A program made the translations under genes and the position numbers. The notes under the pieces were generated by a model. That model saw only the letters and a program-made list of their open reading frames with translations. It had not been told where the DNA came from and made no database searches. Shown in pieces: positions 8,898 through 19,000 of a DNA stretch of 64,000 bases. Within the stretch, counting starts at the first letter, position 1. Every line of letters begins with the position of its first letter. The stretch comes from a virus (lineage: Duplodnaviria; Caudoviricetes). The stretch lies in IMG/VR virus record IMGVR_UViG_3300023179_000059, positions 1-64,000 of that record. One strand, written 5' to 3'.

Positions 8898-11800
8898 ATG
8901 TCAAGATTTGTATTAACTGCACAACTACAACTACAAGCACCAACAAATACTGCTCAAGTTGTTAGGCAGATACAGAGTCAGCTTAATAATGTTCAAGTAA
9001 ATGTTCAAGTACAGGGTACGGCCCAAGCTACGCGACAGGTTCAACAAGTCGCCCAATCTTTAAATGCCGCAAACTCAGCGGCTTCAAACTTGGGCCGTAC
9101 CTTTGCTATTTCAGTAAAAAGATTTACGGCTTTAGCTGTGGCAACTAGGGCCGTTAGTCTATTTACTAATACTTTATCTAATGCAGTAAATGAAGCAATT
9201 GACTTTGAACGTCAGTTAATTAAAGTCGCTCAAGTAACAGGACAAACTATTGGTGAACTAAGATTTTTGACTAAGTCTATTACTGATTTATCTACTGGAC
9301 TTGGCGTTTCATCAAAAGATTTACTTAACACATCGCAGTTATTATTACAGGCCGGTGTTAGTGCTAGAGATACAGAAGTAGCACTTAAAACATTAGCCAA
9401 GGCAGCACTTGCCCCAAACTTTGATAGTCTTAGTGAAACTACTGAAGGTGCTATTGCTATTTTAGCACAATTTCAAGAAGGTGTCGGTTCTTTAGAAGGT
9501 CAATTAAGTTCTATTAATGCTGTTGCTGGCGCATTCGCGGTAGAAGCTGGAGACTTAATTGACGTTATTCGTAGAACTGGTGGTGTGTTCAAAGCTTCTG
9601 GTGGTAGTCTTAATGAATTAATTGCATTATTTACAAGTGTAAGAGCAACTACGCGAGAAAGTGCAGAAAGTATTGGTACTGGTTTGCGTACAATTTTTAC
9701 ACGTATTCAACGCCCCAAGACAATTGAGTTTTTAAAACAATTTGGCGTAGAACTTGTTGATCTTGAAGGTAAGTTCGTTGGCCCATTTGAAGCAGTAAGA
9801 CGATTAAGTGAAGCACTAACCGGTTTAGGTGAACGTGATATTACATTTATTCGTATTGCTGAAGAGCTTGGTGGATTCCGTCAGATTGGTAAAGTATTAC
9901 CATTACTACAACAATTTAAAACTTCACAAGAAGCTCTTAATGTTGCACAAAAAGCTGGAACCGGTTTAACAAAAGACGCGGAAACTGCACAACAAGCACT
10001 AGCCGTTAGAATTACTAAAGTACAAGAAGAATTCCTTGCTCTTGTTAGAGCGATCACTGAAACAAGTTCATTTCAATTTTTTGCCAATACTACTCTTAAT
10101 CTTGCTAGTGCTTTAATTAAACTTGCAGACGCACTAAAGCCAATTATTCCATTGTTAACAGCAGTTGCTACTATTAAATTAGCCAGAGGACTTAGTAGTT
10201 TTGTTGGTGGATTTGGTAGAGGTATAGGTTCTGGTAGAACATTTAATAAGGGTGGAAAAGTACTTGGTTTTGCTAGAGGTGGAATGGTTCCCGGTACTGG
10301 AAATAGAGATACTGTTCCAGCAATGTTACAGCCCGGTGAATTTGTTATTAGAAAGAGTAGTGTTAATAAACTTGGTGCTGGTAATTTAGCGGCTATGAAT
10401 CAGAATAGATATGCCAAAGGTGGAAAGATTAATATAAAACCGGGAGCTATAGGTGGATTTTTCTTACAACCAGAAGAAGGCATTGATAGAAAGGGAGTAT
10501 CTGTCAATCAAATGGTACAAGTTAGGGGTGTCAAAGCTTTAAACGCTTTGGGTGCTATTGATCCTAATGATCCAAAATTAAGAGCTGAAACATTTGAGTC
10601 TGCTACTATTGCACAGCAAGCTAAAATTTTAGGTGTAAAAAAGTTAAATTCTAAAGTACCGAATAAAGTTTCTATTGGTGGTGGAAAAAAAAGAAATACT
10701 TTTACGCCAGATGGAGAATTTGCAAAAGGCATAGGATTAAATGCAGACGAACAAGCTAATAATAGATTAACCAAAAGAATTACTTCTGGAAAAATTAAAC
10801 TTAGTAAAGATTCTAAATTTGCAAAAAATGTTGAATTATCTGGAAATATAACTAGTTATTTTCCGGGTGGATCGGATATGAAAAAAAATTCTGATGTTGC
10901 CAATATAGTTTCTCAAGCCACATCTAATGCTTTAAGTCAAGCTGTTAAAGTAGCAGCTAATCAAACAAAATCTATTTTTGCAAATAATCGATCAATTCGC
11001 CCAACAGATGCTGGAATAGACTCCGCATCTCAAAGAATAGCTACTGATTCTAACGCTACAAAAACCACAGAGGGCTTCGTTTTTGAAGGTTTAATTCAAG
11101 GAATTACTGGCGCTCAATTAGCTGGAGGTCAGTCTAATTTTGATTTTCCAGCAGAGTCTATACGCAATAGCAGAAAATCTTTACAGGCTATGTTTACAGA
11201 TAGCTCTGGCGAAGGAATGGATAGTTTAATTAAAGCCGACGCTAAACGTACTAATACACCAGATAATATAGAAAGTATAGTCAATAAATTAGTAAATGAT
11301 ATCAATAAAGGAAATTTGCTTGGTGTAAATTTTGAAAAATTTGCCTCTGGAGGTAGAGCCAAGGGCATACTTCCAAGACCAAGTGCTATTAATGATATTA
11401 TTAAATCTGGTGGTGGATATGTTGATATTGATCGTACTTTATTAAGAACAGTTGGTGATATCGCTTACGGTAAAGCTAGAACAGAACAAGAAAAACAAGC
11501 TGTACTACAAAAGTATTTCTTAGATCCAGTTGCAAGATTGAAAGATATTAAATCTGTTGGATTAACACAATTTGGTAAGCAACTTCAAACCTCAATAAAG
11601 TCTGGTCAAATACAGGGTTCTAGATTAAGAGTTCTTAGTAAGTCTACAGAAGTACCCGGTGTTCGTTCTTATCTTAGTGGATTGTTTGGAATACCACCCG
11701 GAAATATGAGATTTACTGCTGGTGGAAGTAAAGTTCCATTCATGCGTAATCGTGGACCACTTGTTGATGATATTACTTCTAATGCACGATTTGCTTCTGG

Positions 11801-14800
11801 AGGTTCTGTCGGCACAGATACCGTTCCAGCACTATTAACTCCCGGTGAATTTGTTGTAAATAAAAAATCTGCTCAGTCAATTGGCTATGGCACTTTAGGT
11901 CGAATGAATAAAGTTGGAAAATATGCTAAAGGTGGTGTTGTTCAAAAATTTGCCACTGGTGGTCAAGCACAGGGAAATGGTGGCAATTTATTTGGTGGTA
12001 TTGGCTCACAACTAACACTTGTTACAGCAAGTTTACAGGCACTAATTCCACCAATTGACGAAAATAGTAGCGCGACAGCAAAATTAACTAATAACTTTTT
12101 AAGTCTAGCAACAACTGTTGGTGGAGCTATTTTTGCATTAGAAGCTTTTGGACTTACAATTAATAAAGAACTTATTGGTAAAGTATTTAAATCGTTAGGA
12201 AGTGGCAAAGGGGGTCTTGGGGATATTATTGGAGGATTTCAAAGACAGGGTGGAAAGACTACAAGAACAACTGGTGAAAGTATTGGTGAAGCTTTTAGTA
12301 TTTCCAAAGAGCGTAGTAAAAGAGCAAAAGATTTATTAGCTGCTAGATCTGCTAGAAAAAGTTCACCATTTCAATTAGGTAGCAGTAGAGATTGGTTGGA
12401 TCAACTTAAACAAGAAACAACAGATTTAAATCTAAGACGAGCAAAACCAACAAGTTTAACTGGAAAACTTGGACAATCTTTGGGAAGAAATGAAACTTTT
12501 GTTAAAGCAAGTGAGCTTGCTCAATCTGCCAGTACTAAACTTAGAAAAGGAACTACTAAAGCTAGAGATTTTCTTGGTCAATTACCCGGTTCTGATATTG
12601 ATATTGGAGATATATTTGGAAGATTTAAAAAAGGAGTAAATCTTGGTTCTACTGGTCAATTTTCACTAAAAAATATAATATCTGGTCAAGGAGGAAATGG
12701 TGGAATAGCTGGTAGATTAGGTGGAGTTGTTGGCAGAGGCGCTGGAGCAATTGGTGGTGCAGTTAGCAGGGGTGCTGGATTAGCTGGAAACGTTCTTAGT
12801 AGAATACCCGGAGCCGGTACTGTTGGTAGATTTGCTGGTCGTGCTAGTGGAGCAATTGGTGGAGCAATATCTGGTGTCGCTTCTGGTGGAATTGGTGGAG
12901 TTGTTAGTAGTTTAACAGCATTAGCTGGACCATTAACAGCGATTGTTGGATCAGCAACACTTGTTTCTGGAGCTTTTAACGCAGTAGTTTCTAGTTTATA
13001 TGATTATGATACACAGTTAAAAAAGGCAACAGAAAAGGGAGACGTTCAAAAGGCTGGTGAAATTGCTGGAAAACAATATGATCTAGAAGCCGCCAACAGT
13101 TTAAGAACTGGTGGAGCATTTGTTGGTGCTGCTATTGGAACATTTTTTGGTGGTCCAATTGGTTCTGCGATAGGAGCAGCTATTGGAACTGGCCTTGGTA
13201 CATTAATTGCAAATTTACCATTTGGAGATAAAATATCAGAATTTGTAAACGTTTTGTTTGGTGGTAAAACAAAAGAAAGCACCATAGCATTAGCACAAGC
13301 ACAAGCGCAATTAGTAAAAACGTCACAAGAATTACAAAAAGCTGAAAAAACTACTGCTGATAGTATAAAAGAATTCGAAGATGGTACAATTAATGCTGCT
13401 GACGCTATGCAACGTGTTATGGTGGCAACAGCATCCGCCGAAACATTAAGACAAAGTACACAAACGGCAGTTAATAAAAATCTAGAGAATAAATCTACTG
13501 GCTTTGGGGCTGGCGTTAGAAACACTTTAGCTCTTGGTGGACTCAATCCTTTTTATGAAACTGCTGGAGCAAGAAATACAAAAATAGATGAAGAAAACGC
13601 TAAATTAGTTGCTGGACAGCAAGAACAGATTTTAAAAGCTAATCAATTGAGAACACAAGCCGGTTTAGCTACAGCTAGACCAGAGATTTTATCAGCTATT
13701 TCTCAAGGAAAAACACCAGAACAGGTAAAAGAATCGTTAATACCACAGAAGAAAGTATTAGACGATATAAGAAAACAAGCATTAGAAACAAGACAGCAGG
13801 CTTTTTCAGCAGAAAAGCGTGGAGATACAGAAACAGCTTCTAAATTGAAGGAACAGGCAGATGCATTAAGAGAACAAGCAAATGATTATGAAAAAAGTAT
13901 TGATAACTTAATAAAAGAGCAAACAAGGCTTGAAAAATCATTAAAAGCTTTAGATTTAGGATTAAGAGGCCCAACGGCAACAGCATCTGCGGCAGCAGCA
14001 CAATTAGAATATTTTGCATCTCAAATTGAAGGAACAGCACTTCCAGCCGTTGGCGCTTTAGGATTATTAGAAGCTTCATTTACTTCTGCTGGCAATGCAT
14101 TAGATAGAACATCTTTAGCTGAAGCTACTAATAGTGTAGTTCAAACTTTACAAGAAGTTGGCGCAACAGCTAGTAGTATAGATAAATTTAAAAATACAAC
14201 AGAAAGTCTTAATACAGTTCAGTCTAGATATGCTAGCGTAGCAGCAGAAATTGCGGCAGAACAAAAGAAAAGTGGCAAAGCATTATCAGCAGAACAGGTG
14301 CGAGATAAATTTGCAGAAAAACTTGGCGAAGGAATGCCAGATGAAATTAAAGATCTAATAAATGGTATTGAATTAACCGACGAAATTAAAAATCAAATTG
14401 CTAGAGGGGATTATAGTGGAATTGGAGATGCAATAGGTGAACAGGGTAAAAAATTATTAGAACCAATACAAAAAATTGTACAAGACTATCAAAAAGCAAA
14501 TCAAGTAGTCATAGATCTAACCAAGAAAAGGATAGATGCTGAAAGAAACTATGTTGCTTCTATAAAAGAAGCGCAAGACATAATAATGGAAGGTAGAGAA
14601 ATACAAGCTAAATATGGCGGTGCTGCTGTAACACAAGAAGAAAGACGGGGATCAATACTAAAATCAGCTAATGCTGCCAATAGATTAACTGGATTAAATG
14701 AATTAAGAACTGGAAGTGCGGCAGAACTTAATGCTAGAAGCAAACAAATAAATGCAGCATTTGCTCAAAATCAAAGAAGAATAGCTGGCGGGGAAGGCGC

Positions 14801-15998
14801 TGGAAAAGCTGGTGGAGAACAATTAAGACAACAACAAGAAGACTTAAAGAACGCACAAAAACAACAAGTAGAAACTATTAGAAGTTTAATTAAACTAGAA
14901 GAAGAAAATCTTAGACTTATTGGAGAAAAAAATAAGCTTGAAAAAGATTCTGTTGATGCTCTTGTTAGTGGAGATATTGATAAGTTTTTTGAACAACAGG
15001 CAGCAGCAGGAGCGCAAGCGGCAATTGCTCTTGGCTCAGAAAGATTGCAAGGAGCTTTTGGTGCTAATGCACTAGGCGCAGCCGCACAAGATATTAAGAG
15101 ACAACAAGAGGCTGGACAACAAACATTATTTGGACAACAATTAGCTGGTCCCGGCGGATTGACAGAAAGAGCGTTTGGTGCAGCAATAGGTGCTAGAGGA
15201 ATTACTGATCCAAGATTAGCACAGGTTGCGGCAGGAACAACTGCTGAAGAAAGTGCTGCACAAGCAAGATTAAGAGATTTAGGTGGAGCATTAGGAGAAG
15301 CTGGGCAATTAGGCGCAGACTTAGCACAAATGGAAGTAGCTCAAGCAACAATGAATGTACAACAAGCAGAAATTAAATTACAAGAAGTAATTGATCGTGG
15401 TAAACAAGCTTCTGCACAGGCTGAACAAGAAATGGGACAAGCAGTTGGTCGTAGACTTGGTGGTTTAATTTATGCTAATCGTGGAATTTTTGTACCCCGT
15501 GGTACAGATACAGTTCCAGCAATGTTAACACCGGGCGAGTTCGTTGTTCGTCGTGAAGCAGTACAGCGTGGCAATAATCTACAAATGTTACAGGCCATGA
15601 ATCGTGGATCAACTACTGGACAAAGTAGTATTGGTGGAGCTATTGGAATGGCGAATGGTGGCGTTGTAAATCAAACTCAATATTTAGCGTTTGGTGGTTT
15701 TGCAAAAGCAATTAATGGATTATTAGATGGTGATTTTATCAATAAATTATCTCAAACATTTAATTCATTTATGTCAGATATGAGTAAAAATATTGATAAA
15801 CTTAATTCTACTAATTTTAATATTAAACTAGACACTACTAATATAAATGTAAATCTTAATGGTGGAACATTCTTAAGTCAAATGACAGAACAGGTTAGAA
15901 GTGCCGTAATTCAAGAAGTTTCTAAAGAAATACAAAATTATTCTGCTGGAGAAGGCGGAAGATTAAGGAAAAATTCTGGCATTGTAAATAAAGGATAA
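8898..15998 (+). CDS. Tail tape measure protein (TP901-family core) with embedded cargo-like cassettes
   Basis: 2366 aa, Ala/Gly/Gln-rich; TP901-type core (AIDFERQLIKVAQVTG...GLRTIFTRI); glycine-zipper segments; position after chaperones. Confidence 0.9.
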   Translation: MSRFVLTAQLQLQAPTNTAQVVRQIQSQLNNVQVNVQVQGTAQATRQVQQVAQSLNAANSAASNLGRTFAISVKRFTALAVATRAVSLFTNTLSNAVNEAIDFERQLIKVAQVTGQTIGELRFLTKSITDLSTGLGVSSKDLLNTSQLLLQAGVSARDTEVALKTLAKAALAPNFDSLSETTEGAIAILAQFQEGVGSLEGQLSSINAVAGAFAVEAGDLIDVIRRTGGVFKASGGSLNELIALFTSVRATTRESAESIGTGLRTIFTRIQRPKTIEFLKQFGVELVDLEGKFVGPFEAVRRLSEALTGLGERDITFIRIAEELGGFRQIGKVLPLLQQFKTSQEALNVAQKAGTGLTKDAETAQQALAVRITKVQEEFLALVRAITETSSFQFFANTTLNLASALIKLADALKPIIPLLTAVATIKLARGLSSFVGGFGRGIGSGRTFNKGGKVLGFARGGMVPGTGNRDTVPAMLQPGEFVIRKSSVNKLGAGNLAAMNQNRYAKGGKINIKPGAIGGFFLQPEEGIDRKGVSVNQMVQVRGVKALNALGAIDPNDPKLRAETFESATIAQQAKILGVKKLNSKVPNKVSIGGGKKRNTFTPDGEFAKGIGLNADEQANNRLTKRITSGKIKLSKDSKFAKNVELSGNITSYFPGGSDMKKNSDVANIVSQATSNALSQAVKVAANQTKSIFANNRSIRPTDAGIDSASQRIATDSNATKTTEGFVFEGLIQGITGAQLAGGQSNFDFPAESIRNSRKSLQAMFTDSSGEGMDSLIKADAKRTNTPDNIESIVNKLVNDINKGNLLGVNFEKFASGGRAKGILPRPSAINDIIKSGGGYVDIDRTLLRTVGDIAYGKARTEQEKQAVLQKYFLDPVARLKDIKSVGLTQFGKQLQTSIKSGQIQGSRLRVLSKSTEVPGVRSYLSGLFGIPPGNMRFTAGGSKVPFMRNRGPLVDDITSNARFASGGSVGTDTVPALLTPGEFVVNKKSAQSIGYGTLGRMNKVGKYAKGGVVQKFATGGQAQGNGGNLFGGIGSQLTLVTASLQALIPPIDENSSATAKLTNNFLSLATTVGGAIFALEAFGLTINKELIGKVFKSLGSGKGGLGDIIGGFQRQGGKTTRTTGESIGEAFSISKERSKRAKDLLAARSARKSSPFQLGSSRDWLDQLKQETTDLNLRRAKPTSLTGKLGQSLGRNETFVKASELAQSASTKLRKGTTKARDFLGQLPGSDIDIGDIFGRFKKGVNLGSTGQFSLKNIISGQGGNGGIAGRLGGVVGRGAGAIGGAVSRGAGLAGNVLSRIPGAGTVGRFAGRASGAIGGAISGVASGGIGGVVSSLTALAGPLTAIVGSATLVSGAFNAVVSSLYDYDTQLKKATEKGDVQKAGEIAGKQYDLEAANSLRTGGAFVGAAIGTFFGGPIGSAIGAAIGTGLGTLIANLPFGDKISEFVNVLFGGKTKESTIALAQAQAQLVKTSQELQKAEKTTADSIKEFEDGTINAADAMQRVMVATASAETLRQSTQTAVNKNLENKSTGFGAGVRNTLALGGLNPFYETAGARNTKIDEENAKLVAGQQEQILKANQLRTQAGLATARPEILSAISQGKTPEQVKESLIPQKKVLDDIRKQALETRQQAFSAEKRGDTETASKLKEQADALREQANDYEKSIDNLIKEQTRLEKSLKALDLGLRGPTATASAAAAQLEYFASQIEGTALPAVGALGLLEASFTSAGNALDRTSLAEATNSVVQTLQEVGATASSIDKFKNTTESLNTVQSRYASVAAEIAAEQKKSGKALSAEQVRDKFAEKLGEGMPDEIKDLINGIELTDEIKNQIARGDYSGIGDAIGEQGKKLLEPIQKIVQDYQKANQVVIDLTKKRIDAERNYVASIKEAQDIIMEGREIQAKYGGAAVTQEERRGSILKSANAANRLTGLNELRTGSAAELNARSKQINAAFAQNQRRIAGGEGAGKAGGEQLRQQQEDLKNAQKQQVETIRSLIKLEEENLRLIGEKNKLEKDSVDALVSGDIDKFFEQQAAAGAQAAIALGSERLQGAFGANALGAAAQDIKRQQEAGQQTLFGQQLAGPGGLTERAFGAAIGARGITDPRLAQVAAGTTAEESAAQARLRDLGGALGEAGQLGADLAQMEVAQATMNVQQAEIKLQEVIDRGKQASAQAEQEMGQAVGRRLGGLIYANRGIFVPRGTDTVPAMLTPGEFVVRREAVQRGNNLQMLQAMNRGSTTGQSSIGGAIGMANGGVVNQTQYLAFGGFAKAINGLLDGDFINKLSQTFNSFMSDMSKNIDKLNSTNFNIKLDTTNINVNLNGGTFLSQMTEQVRSAVIQEVSKEIQNYSAGEGGRLRKNSGIVNKG
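10269..10424 (+). repeat. TMP DTVPAML-PGEFV module copy 1 (FARGG...YAKGG)
   Basis: Protein-level repeat; other copies at 11790-11963 and 15450-15698. Confidence 0.85.
11790..11963 (+). repeat. TMP DTVPALL-PGEFV module copy 2 (FASGG...YAKGG..FATGG)
   Basis: Protein-level repeat visible in the translation. Confidence 0.85.
15450..15698 (+). repeat. TMP DTVPAML-PGEFV module copy 3 (RRLGG...MANGG...LAFGG)
   Basis: Protein-level repeat visible in the translation. Confidence 0.85.
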
Positions 15999-16001
15999 TT
16001 A

Positions 16002-19000
16002 ATGGATTGTATTAATGTTCCAACATTGTCGTTAAGAAAATTAGCGCGTGGAAATATACGCGCAAAAGTTACAATGTTGCACAACTCTATTACTAGATTT
16101 AAGTCTATATCTAGTTTAAATAATAATAATGGAGTAATTCTTGGCACTAAATCTAAACTAAAATCTAGTTCTGATTTAAACGCAAAATTTATACACACAC
16201 TAAATCTTATTGGCCTTAAGCCAGAAAATAATGCTGATATTAGTGCGACTTTACTATTATCTGGAGTTTTTCACGCTACTTTAAAATCAAATTCACAACT
16301 ATCAATTCCATATACTGATAAACTTGGTGGATCTTTTTATTTAGAAGAATATAGAAATTTTAAATGTAGAGAAAAATTATATCCAACACAAGACATTATT
16401 ACATCATCTGGTAATAATTATTTTGTTAATGAAGATTTAGAAACTAGCGGTCTATATAATAGTATTGATGAGGGTATTTTTGCAAAACAGTATGATGATA
16501 AAAATACCTATATACAACCTTGGTCAACATATTCATCTGGTAACTTTAAATATACTTTTAATGTAAGTAATCCACTAGTTAGACCAAGAGAAAGTTTACT
16601 TCTAATACGTGCATCAGCCCCAAGACACAATGATTCTTCATTTACTACGCCAATATATAAAATAAATAATATTACATTTGAAGATCCTTCTGGAAATTTG
16701 ATTATCAAATATAAAGATTTTGTAATTCGCGGTGACGCTAATTATGATGAAGAATATGTTAATTTCGCTACATATATTACAGAACCAGAAATAAACAATT
16801 CTGCTCTAGACACTTGGGATAATAACTATCCAGTATTAGGAAGTGGAACATTTACTGGAAATTATAAAGTAAATATAGATATAACAATAGAATCTTTAGA
16901 TGATCCATTTGATGATGGTTATAATGAAGGATATAAAGATAGAAATACATTTACTATTATTGATCAAAGTGGAAATAATTATCTAGCTTTAGACGGTGCG
17001 CCACTATCAACACAAACACAGAATTTTATTAATCCAGAAAATACTTTACGAATAACAGCAATTGAATTATGTAATAGTGGAGAATTATCAAGTTTTAGAA
17101 ATAATTATGTTCCATTTTATACAGATGTTTTATCAACTGGATTAAGAATCACACGTAATATATTTCCTAGCCAAATATTAACAAATAATTCTTATACAGA
17201 TATATATCCATCATCTGATTCTACTTGGAGATACCAAGATTTTGAATCAAATATATATACAAATATTACAACTAGTGGAGCTAATAAATTAAGCCCAACA
17301 TTAAGAGACGACAGTAATGGAACAAATATAGAATTAATTTATTCATCCATACAAGATTCTGGTAAATTAAGATTAAAATTTTCTCATGAACCACCAGTAC
17401 CATACGATGGATATAGTGATGGAGCTTTTAGTTTTGGCTTATTAAGACAGGCTAAAGATTTTAATAAAGCTAAGTGGTCTAATATTACAGAAGCAGATAG
17501 TTTCTTTACTATAGATAAAGTAGATCTAGTTGTTGTAGCAAAAAAGGCTAATGGCAGTAGAAATTATAGCCTTGACGTTGTTGGATATAGTGATGATAAA
17601 TTACTGCACGTAACATCACAAGTTGGTGGATTTTTACAAAATTTAGAAAATTCTGGAATATCTACAATTCCAACATCTTCTGGTTTTAATTCAGTAGATG
17701 ATCTTGGAATTAGTTCAGAGGCATTATCAGATAAATATCAATATTATCAAAATAATTTAACCAATAACGATGGTGGCGACCATTATTTATTATCTACATA
17801 TCCAGTAATTAACAGTACAACATTTCAAGAATATACAATACCACTTAAGATATATGATGATAGAGTAGCGATTGGTCAATCTATAGACTACTCTATGAGT
17901 TCATATTTTGAAAATTTATATTTAGATATTTATCCAATACCAAGTGGCGCATCTATAGCAAAAATTAAATTAGTTGTTTCATATAAGCCATCCAACGGTT
18001 TAATGTTACATACTATTGGTCAAGCAGATAAAGAATTTACAAAAAGAATAGTAAGATTGCTACCAAACGGGGATACCGTTAATACTTCTGGATCTTTAAT
18101 AAATAATATTCCACACGGATATACTAGAGATAACACATTAAAAAATAATTATGGTCGTAGATGGAAAAAGGCCCACGATTCTTTATTTGCTGGACCATAT
18201 GATCCAAAAGAGTTTGATTTTAGTTTTTACAATCCACAAATGTATAGTCCATTCTTAAATGGATATTTTTCTTTTATTTATGATAGTGGAAACTCTATTA
18301 TAGCTGATTATTCATATAATAGATCTAGACTAGATACAGTTGTAAGTGGTTCATATATTGGAAATTATGATAAAGTAAATAATTTAGGTCTTAGATTTAA
18401 TTCTACATCTTTGTTTAGTCAATCTACTACAAATAAAACTATAGATTGGACAAGAATATCTGGCTATACAAATCACGAACTATATGGAAGAATAATTGAT
18501 AATTTTGAAAATGCTGTTCGTGTCTCTGGTGATCTTGGATATATTAATTTTGGTAATATTGTAACATCTAACGGTTTTGCTATTTATACAAGATTTAGTC
18601 CAGATATTAATATTAGTGGCGTTGCATATAACTTATGGAATTCTGGTGTTATATTTAGTAAGTATGATAATGGTAATAATCTAGAATTTATAGTTGGATT
18701 TAAAGATGGTAAACTAATTGGAACAGCCAGAAATAATACTGGTAATCTTGTATCTGTTAATGATTCTAAATATTATTATGAGTATACATATCCACTAGAT
18801 ATAATGTTGTCATATAATGAAAATGATAATAAACTTAGATTATTTACAGATTCACTAAGAGACACATCTACATCATTTATTCTACATAGTGGAAATAATA
18901 ATCTTACTTTTGGTTATAGTAGTGGTTCTGGTGTTGGTATAAATGGATTCCTAACTAATATTGGTATATCCACAAATAGTGGAATCAATATCTTATCTAG

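Noticed and set aside
12690-13210. Gly-rich ~11-residue repeats and glycine-zipper hydrophobic segments in the TMP
   Set aside because: Ordinary features of tape measure proteins; not novel
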